A program made the translations under genes and the position numbers. A DNA stretch of 64,000 bases from Eledone cirrhosa (taxonomy: Eukaryota). Below are positions 1 to 9,047 of this stretch, piece by piece (the stretch's first letter is position 1; every line of letters begins with the position of its first letter). The notes under the pieces are model-generated. The model did not search any database and was not told the DNA's origin. It saw only the letters and a list, made by a program, of their open reading frames with translations. The stretch lies in NCBI GenBank assembly GCA_964016885.1, contig OZ024743.1, positions 233,988,001 to 234,052,000 on the forward strand, given 5' to 3'.

Positions 1-454
1 TGGTTCCACAGCCACAACTATTGATTTTACGGAGATATCTTGCTGAAATTCACGCCACACATAGCCAATGAGTGTCTGCACATGTACCAGTAATTACAGA
101 TCGATCCGACCACGGGCGGCCGGCCCGCGATTGAAAAGGTAACTCCGCCGGCAAATCGTCATTTTTGGATTCGTTTTCTTCGAAGCACACCATTCGCCGG
201 CTGACTTTGTTGATGTTTAACACGGTTTGGTTCCACAGCCACAACTATTGATTTTAAGGAGATATCTTGCTGAAATTCACGCCACACATAGCCAATGAGT
301 GTCTGCACAGGTACCAGTAATTACAGATCGATCCGACCACGGGCGGCCGGCCCGCTATTGAAAAGGTAACTCCGCCGGCAAATCGTCATTTTTGGATTCG
401 TTTTCTTCGAAGCACACCATTCGCCGGCGGACTTTGTTGACGTTTAACACGGTT

Positions 455-681
455 TGGTTCCACAGCCACAACTATTGATTTTACGGAGATATCTTGCTGA
501 AATTCACGCCACACATAGCCAATGAGTGTCTGCACATGTACCAGTAATTACAGATCGATCCGACCACGGGCGGCCGGCCCGCGATTGAAAAGGTAACTCC
601 GCCGGCAAATCGTCATTTTTGGATTCGTTTTCTTCGAAGCACACCATTCGCCGGCGGACTTTGTTGACGTTTAACACGGTT
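455..681 (+). repeat. Representative consensus-type monomer (227 bp). Monomer positions used below are numbered from TGGTTCC = 1, so they equal window coordinates in the first copy.
   Basis: Carries the majority allele at every variable site I noted: TTTTACGG, TCTTGCTG, GAGTGTCT, CATGTACCAG, GGGCGGCCGGCCCGCG, GCCGGCGGAC, GACGTTTAACAC. Confidence 0.93.
598..658. repeat. Intra-monomer inverted repeat (monomer 144-159 against 189-204), present in every copy
   Basis: TCCGCCGGCAAAT (144-156) reverse-complements to ATTTGCCGGCGGA, and 192-204 reads ATTCGCCGGCGGA (12/13). Extending inward gives 14/16 pairs around a 29-nt spacer. Confidence 0.85.
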
Positions 682-3137
682 TGGTTCCACAGCCACAACT
701 ATTGATTTTACGGAGATATCTTGCTGAAATTCACGCCACACATAGCCAATGAGTGTCTGCACATGTACCAGTAATTACAGATCGATCCGACCACGGGCGG
801 TCGGTTTGCGATTGAAAAGGTAACTCCGCCGGCAAATCGTCATTTTTGGATTCGTTTTCTTCGAAGCACACCATTCGCCGGCTGACTTTGTTGACGTTTA
901 ACACGGTTTGGTTCCACAGCCACAACTATTGATTTTACGGAGATATCTTGCTGAAATTCACGCCACACATAGCCAATGAGTGTCTGCACATGTACCAGTA
1001 ATTACAGATCGATCCGACCACGGGCGGTCGGTTTGCGATTGAAAAGGTAACTCCGCCGGCAAATCGTCATTTTTGGATTCGTTTTCTTCGAAGCACACCA
1101 TTCGCCGGCGGACTTTGTTGACGTTTAACACGGTTTGGTTCCACAGCCACAACTATTGATTTTACGGAGATATCTTGCTGAAATTCACGCCACACATAGC
1201 CAATGAGTGTCTGCACATGTACCAGTAATTACAGATCGATCCGACCACGGGCGGCCGGCCCGCGATTGAAAAGGTAACTCCGCCGGCAAATCGTCATTTT
1301 TGGATTCGTTTTCTTCGAAGCACACCATTCGCCGGCGGACTTTGTTGACGTTTAACACGGTTTGGTTCCACAGCCACAACTATTGATTTTACGGAGATAT
1401 CTTGCTGAAATTCACGCCACACATAGCCAATGAGTCTCTGCACATGTACCATTAATTACAGATCGATCCGACCACGGGCGGTCGGTTTGCGATTGAAAAG
1501 GTAACTCCGCCGGCAAATCGTCATTTTTGGATTCGTTTTCTTCGAAGCACACCATTCGCCGGCGGACTTTGTTGACGTTTAACACGGTTTGGTTCCACAG
1601 CCACAACTATTGATTTTACGGAGATATCTTGCTGAAATTCACGCCACACATAGCCAATGAGTGTCTGCACATGTATCAGTAATTACAGATCGATCCGACC
1701 ACGGGCGGCCGGCCCGCGATTGAAAAGGTAACTCCGCCGGCAAATCGTCATTTTTGGATTCGTTTTCTTCGAAGCACACCATTCGCCGGCTGACTTTGTT
1801 GACGTTTAACACGGTTTGGTTCCACAGCCACAACTATTGATTTTACGGAGATATCTTGCTGAAATTCACGCCACACATAGCCAATGAGTGTCTGCACATG
1901 TACCAGTAATTACAGATCGATCCGACCACGGGCGGTCGGTTTGCGATTGAAAAGGTAACTCCGCCGGCAAATCGTCATTTTTGGATTCGTTTTCTTCGAA
2001 GCACACCATTCGCCGGCTGACTTTGTTGACGTTTAACACGGTTTGGTTCCACAGCCACAACTATTGATTTTAAGGAGATATCTTGCTGAAATTCACGCCA
2101 CACATAGCCAATGAGTGTCTGCACAGGTACCAGTAATTACAGATCGATCCGACCACGGGCGGCCGGCCCGCGATTGAAAAGGTAACTCCGCCGGCAAATC
2201 GTCATTTTTGGATTCGTTTTCTTCGAAGCACACCATTCGCCGGCGGACTTTGTTGACGTTTAACACGGTTTGGTTCCACAGCCACAACTATTGATTTTAC
2301 GGAGATATCTTGCTGAAATTCACGCCACACATAGCCAATGAGTGTCTGCACATGTACAAGTAATTACAGATCGATCCGACCACGGGCGGCCGGCCCGCGA
2401 TTGAAAAGGTAACTCCGCCGGCAAATCGTCATTTTTGGATTCGTTTTCTTCGAAGCACACCATTCGCCGGCTGACTTTGTTGACGTTTAACACGGTTTGG
2501 TTCCACAGCCACAACTATTGATTTTAAGGAGATATCTTGCTGAAATTCACGCCACACATAGCCAATGAGTGTCTGCACATGTACCAGTAATTACAGATCG
2601 ATCCGACCACGGGCGGTCGGTTTGCGATTGAAAAGGTAACTCCGCCGGCAAATCGTCATTTTTGGATTCGTTTTCTTCGAAGCACACCATTCGCCGGCGG
2701 ACTTTGTTGACGTTTAACACGGTTTGGTTCCACAGCCACAACTATTGATTTTACGGAGATATCTTGCTGAAATTCACGCCACACATAGCCAATGAGTGTC
2801 TGCACATGTACCAGTAATTACAGATCGATCCGACCACGGGCGGCCGGCCCGCGATTGAAAAGGTAACTCCGCCGGCAAATCGTCATTTTTGGATTCGTTT
2901 TCTTCGAAGCACACCATTCGCCGGCGGACTTTGTTGACGTTTAACACGGTTTGGTTCCACAGCCACAACTATTGATTTTACGGAGATATCTTGCTGAAAT
3001 TCACGCCACACATAGCCAATGAGTGTCTGCACATGTACCAGTAATTACAGATCGATCCGACCACGGGCGGTCGGTTTGCGATTGAAAAGGTAACTCCGCC
3101 GGCAAATCGTCATTTTTGGATTCGTTTTCTTCGAAGT

Positions 3138-6100
3138 ACACCATTCGCCGGCTGACTTTGTTGACGTTTAACACGGTTTGGTTCCACAGCCACAACTATT
3201 GATTTTACGGAGATATCTTGCTGAAATTCACGCCACACATAGCCAATGAGTGTCTGCACATGTACCAGTAATTACAGATCGATCCGACCACGGGCGGTCG
3301 GTTTGCGATTGAAAAGGTAACTCCGCCGGCAAATCGTCATTTTTGGATTCGTTTTCTTCGAAGCACACCATTCGCCGGCGGACTTTGTTGACGTTTAACA
3401 CGGTTTGGTTCCACAGCCACAACTATTGATTTTACGGAGATATCTTGCTGAAATTCACGCCACACATAGCCAATGAGTGTCTGCACATGTACCAGTAATT
3501 ACAGATCGATCCGACCACGGGCGGCCGGCCCGCGATTGAAAAGGTAACTCCGCCGGCAAATCGTCATTTTTGGATTCGTTTTCTTCGAAGCACACCATTC
3601 GCCGGCTGACTTTGTTGATGTTTAACACGGTTTGGTTCCACAGCCACAACTATTGATTTTACGGAGATATCTTGCTGAAATTCACGCCACACATAGCCAA
3701 TGAGTGTCTGCACAGGTACCAGTAATTACAGATCGATCCGACCACGGGCGGCCGGCCCGCTATTGAAAAGGTAACTCCGCCGGCAAATCGTCATTTTTGG
3801 ATTCGTTTTCTTCGAAGCACACCATTCGCCGGCGGACTTTGTTGACGTTTAACACGGTTTGGTTCCACAGCCACAACTATTGATTTTACGGAGATATCTT
3901 GCTGAAATTCACGCCACACAGCCAATGAGTGTCTGCACATGTACCAGTAATTACAGATCGATCCGACCACGGGCGGCCGGCCCGCGATTGAAAAGGTAAC
4001 TCCGCCGGCAAATCGTCATTTTTGGATTCGTTTTCTTCGAAGCACACCATTCGCCGGCGGACTTTGTTGACGTTTAACACGGTTTGGTTCCACAGCCACA
4101 ACTATTGATTTTACGGAGATATCTTGCTGAAATTCACGCCACACATAGCCAATGAGTCTCTGCACATGTACCAGTAATTACAGATCGATCCGACCACGGG
4201 CGGTCGGTTTGCGATTGAAAAGGTAACTCCGCCGGCAAATCGTCATTTTTGGATTCGTTTTCTTCGAAGCACACCATTCGCCGGCGGACTTTGTTGACGT
4301 TTAACACGGTTTGGTTCCACAGCCACAACTATTGATTTTACGGAGATATCTTCCTGAAATTCAGGCCACACATAGCCAATGAGTGTCTGCACATGTACCA
4401 GTAATTACAGATCGATCCGACCACGGGCGGCCGGTTTGCGATTGAAAAGGTAACTCCGCCGGCAAATCGTCATTTTTGGATTCGTTTTCTTCGAAGCACA
4501 CCATTCGCCGGCGGACTTTGTTGACGTTTAACACGGTTTGGTTCCACAGCCACAACTATTGATTTTACGGAGATATCTTGCTGAAATTCACGCCACACAT
4601 AGCCAATGAGTGTCTGCACATGTACCAGTAATTACAGATCGATCCGACCACGGGCGGCCGGCCCGCGATTGAAAAGGTAACTCCGCCGGCAAATCGTCAT
4701 TTTTGGATTCGTTTTCTTCGAAGCACACCATTCGCCGGCGGACTTTGTTGACGTTTAACACGGTTTGGTTCCACAGCCACAACTATTGATTTTACGGAGA
4801 TATCTTGCTGAAATTCACGCCACACATAGCCAATGAGTGTCTGCACATGTACCAGTAATTACAGATCGATCCGACCACGGGCGGCCGGCCCGCGATTGAA
4901 AAGGTAACTCCGCCGGCAAATCGTCATTTTTGGATTCGTTTTCTTCGAAGCACACCATTCGCCGGCGGACTTTGTTGACGTTTAACACGGTTTGGTTCCA
5001 CAGCCACAACTATTGATTTTACGGAGATATCTTGCTGAAATTCACGCCACACATAGCCAATGAGTGTCTGCACATGTACCAGTAATTACAGATCGATCCG
5101 ACCACGGGCGGCCGGCCCGCGATTGAAAAGGTAACTCCGCCGGCAAATCGTCATTTTTGGATTCGTTTTCTTCGAAGCACACCATTCGCCGGCGGACTTT
5201 GTTGACGTTTAACACGGTTTGGTTCCACAGCCACAACTATTGATTTTACGGAGATATCTTGCTGAAATTCACGCCACACATAGCCAATGAGTCTCTGCAC
5301 ATGTACCAGTAATTACAGATCGATCCGACCACGGGCGGTCGGTTTGCGATTGAAAAGGTAACTCCGCCGGCAAATCGTCATTTTTGGATTCGTTTTCTTC
5401 GAAGCACACCATTCGCCGGCGGACTTTGTTGACGTTTAAGACGGTTTGGTTCCACAGCCACAACTATTGATTTTACGGAGATATCTTCCTGAAATTCACG
5501 CCACACATAGCCAATGAGTGTCTGCACATGTACCAGTAATTACAGATCGATCCGACCACGGGCGGCCGGCCCGCGATTGAAAAGGTAACTCCGCCGGCAA
5601 ATCGTCATTTTTGGATTCGTTTTCTTCGAAGCACACCATTCGCCGGCTGACTTTGTTGACGTTTAACACGGTTTGGTTCCACAGCCACAACTATTGATTT
5701 TACGGAGATATCTTGCTGAAATTCACGCCACACATAGCCAATGAGTGTCTGCACATGTACCAGTAATTACAAATCGATCCGACCACGGGCGGCCGGCCCG
5801 CGATTGAAAAGGTAACTCCGCCGGCAAATCGTCATTTTTGGATTCGTTTTCTTCGAAGCACACCATTCGCCGGCGGACTTTGTTGACGTTTAACACGGTT
5901 TGGTTCCACAGCCACAACTATTGATTTTACGGAGATATCTTGCTGAAATTCACGCCACACATAGCCAATGAGTGTCTGCACATGTACCAGTAATTACAGA
6001 TCGATCCGACCACGGGCGGTCGGTTTGCGATTGAAAAGGTAACTCCGCCGGCAAATCGTCATTTTTGGATTCGTTTTCTTCGAAGCACACCATTCGCCGG

Positions 6101-9047
6101 CTGACTTTGTTGACGTTTAACACGGTTTGGTTCCACAGCCACAACTATTGATTTTACGGAGATATCTTGCTGAAATTCACGCCACACATAGCCAATGAGT
6201 GTCTGCACATGTACCAGTAATTACAGATCGATCCGACCACGGGCGGTCGGTTTGCGATTGAAAAGGTAACTCCGCCGGCAAATCGTCATTTTTGGATTCG
6301 TTTTCTTCGAAGCACACCATTCGCCGGCGGACTTTGTTGACGTTTAACACGGTTTGGTTCCACAGCCACAACTATTGATTTTACGGAGATATCTTGCTGA
6401 AATTCACGCCACACATAGCCAATGAGTGTCTGCACATGTACCAGTAATTACAGATCGATCCGACCACGGGCGGCCGGCCCGCGATTGAAAAGGTAACTCC
6501 GCCGGCAAATCGTCATTTTTGGATTCGTTTTCTTCGAAGCACACCATTCGCCGGCTGACTTTGTTGATGTTTAACACGGTTTGGTTCCACAGCCACAACT
6601 ATTGATTTTACGGAGATATCTTGCTGAAATTCACGCCACACATAGCCAATGAGTGTCTGCACAGGTACCAGTAATTACAGATCGATCCGACCACGGGCGG
6701 CCGGCCCGCTATTGAAAAGGTAACTCCGCCGGCAAATCGTCATTTTTGGATTCGTTTTCTTCGAAGCACACCATTCGCCGGCGGACTTTGTTGACGTTTA
6801 ACACGGTTTGGTTCCACAGCCACAACTATTGATTTTACGGAGATATCTTGCTGAAATTCACGCCACACAGCCAATGAGTGTCTGCACATGTACCAGTAAT
6901 TACAGATCGATCCGACCACGGGCGGCCGGCCCGCGATTGAAAAGGTAACTCCGCCGGCAAATCGTCATTTTTGGATTCGTTTTCTTCGAAGCACACCATT
7001 CGCCGGCGGACTTTGTTGACGTTTAACACGGTTTGGTTCCACAGCCACAACTATTGATTTTACGGAGATATCTTGCTGAAATTCACGCCACACATAGCCA
7101 ATGAGTCTCTGCACATGTACCAGTAATTACAGATCGATCCGACCACGGGCGGTCGGTTTGCGATTGAAAAGGTAACTCCGCCGGCAAATCGTCATTTTTG
7201 GATTCGTTTTCTTCGAAGCACACCATTCGCCGGCGGACTTTGTTGACGTTTAACACGGTTTGGTTCCACAGCCACAACTATTGATTTTACGGAGATATCT
7301 TCCTGAAATTCAGGCCACACATAGCCAATGAGTGTCTGCACATGTACCAGTAATTACAGATCGATCCGACCACGGGCGGCCGGTTTGCGATTGAAAAGGT
7401 AACTCCGCCGGCAAATCGTCATTTTTGGATTCGTTTTCTTCGAAGCACACCATTCGCCGGCGGACTTTGTTGACGTTTAACACGGTTTGGTTCCACAGCC
7501 ACAACTATTGATTTTACGGAGATATCTTGCTGAAATTCACGCCACACATAGCCAATGAGTGTCTGCACATGTACCAGTAATTACAGATCGATCCGACCAC
7601 GGGCGGCCGGCCCGCGATTGAAAAGGTAACTCCGCCGGCAAATCGTCATTTTTGGATTCGTTTTCTTCGAAGCACACCATTCGCCGGCGGACTTTGTTGA
7701 CGTTTAACACGGTTTGGTTCCACAGCCACAACTATTGATTTTACGGAGATATCTTGCTGAAATTCACGCCACACATAGCCAATGAGTGTCTGCACATGTA
7801 CCAGTAATTACAGATCGATCCGACCACGGGCGGCCGGCCCGCGATTGAAAAGGTAACTCCGCCGGCAAATCGTCATTTTTGGATTCGTTTTCTTCGAAGC
7901 ACACCATTCGCCGGCGGACTTTGTTGACGTTTAACACGGTTTGGTTCCACAGCCACAACTATTGATTTTACGGAGATATCTTGCTGAAATTCACGCCACA
8001 CATAGCCAATGAGTGTCTGCACATGTACCAGTAATTACAGATCGATCCGACCACGGGCGGCCGGCCCGCGATTGAAAAGGTAACTCCGCCGGCAAATCGT
8101 CATTTTTGGATTCGTTTTCTTCGAAGCACACCATTCGCCGGCGGACTTTGTTGACGTTTAACACGGTTTGGTTCCACAGCCACAACTATTGATTTTACGG
8201 AGATATCTTGCTGAAATTCACGCCACACATAGCCAATGAGTCTCTGCACATGTACCAGTAATTACAGATCGATCCGACCACGGGCGGTCGGTTTGCGATT
8301 GAAAAGGTAACTCCGCCGGCAAATCGTCATTTTTGGATTCGTTTTCTTCGAAGCACACCATTCGCCGGCGGACTTTGTTGACGTTTAAGACGGTTTGGTT
8401 CCACAGCCACAACTATTGATTTTACGGAGATATCTTCCTGAAATTCACGCCACACATAGCCAATGAGTGTCTGCACATGTACCAGTAATTACAGATCGAT
8501 CCGACCACGGGCGGCCGGCCCGCGATTGAAAAGGTAACTCCGCCGGCAAATCGTCATTTTTGGATTCGTTTTCTTCGAAGCACACCATTCGCCGGCTGAC
8601 TTTGTTGACGTTTAACACGGTTTGGTTCCACAGCCACAACTATTGATTTTACGGAGATATCTTGCTGAAATTCACGCCACACATAGCCAATGAGTGTCTG
8701 CACATGTACCAGTAATTACAAATCGATCCGACCACGGGCGGCCGGCCCGCGATTGAAAAGGTAACTCCGCCGGCAAATCGTCATTTTTGGATTCGTTTTC
8801 TTCGAAGCACACCATTCGCCGGCGGACTTTGTTGACGTTTAACACGGTTTGGTTCCACAGCCACAACTATTGATTTTACGGAGATATCTTGCTGAAATTC
8901 ACGCCACACATAGCCAATGAGTGTCTGCACATGTACCAGTAATTACAGATCGATCCGACCACGGGCGGTCGGTTTGCGATTGAAAAGGTAACTCCGCCGG
9001 CAAATCGTCATTTTTGGATTCGTTTTCTTCGAAGCACACCATTCGCC
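3138..9047 (+). repeat. Tandem duplication of a 13-monomer block (period 2949 bp)
   Basis: Rare variants recur 2949 bp apart (13x227-2): the 2-bp deletion at 3920/6869, ACAAATCG at 5772/8721, and the TTCAGGCC monomer (ORF starts 4361/7310). Monomer-type order is identical. Confidence 0.93.

Noticed and set aside
145-160. CCGGCAAATCG resembles motifs in Caenorhabditis dispersed and minisatellite repeats
   Set aside because: An 11-bp resemblance from memory is too little to assign organism or family without a database search.
1-227. 5S rRNA, tRNA or SINE-like Pol III unit (GGTTCCACAGCC loosely resembles a B box)
   Set aside because: I see no 5S conserved sequence or cloverleaf. The motif departs from GTTCRANNC and I found no convincing A box at suitable spacing.
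1-227. Trypanosomatid mini-exon or dinoflagellate SL repeat (similar unit size)
   Set aside because: Neither the AACTAACGCTAT... mini-exon nor the CCGTAGCCATTTTGGCTCAAG leader is present on either strand.
130-230. A/T tracts at roughly 10-bp spacing (153, 162, 174; 206, 216, 226) suggesting DNA curvature
   Set aside because: The tracts are short and phased over only parts of the monomer, which I cannot distinguish from chance by eye.
50-244. 64-aa minus-strand ORF (MWLWNQTV...HWLCVA) repeated in nearly every monomer
   Set aside because: It starts at TTG, has no recognisable domain, and leaves only 32 bp between copies. Ten copies carry a TCG-to-TAG stop and two a frameshift. Most variants change the amino acid, so there is no sign of coding constraint. 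A short ORF in one of six frames is expected by chance and is simply multiplied by the repeat.
3886-4101. 71-aa ORF variants (also 6835-7050)
   Set aside because: These are read-through products of the 2-bp deletion and not separate genes.
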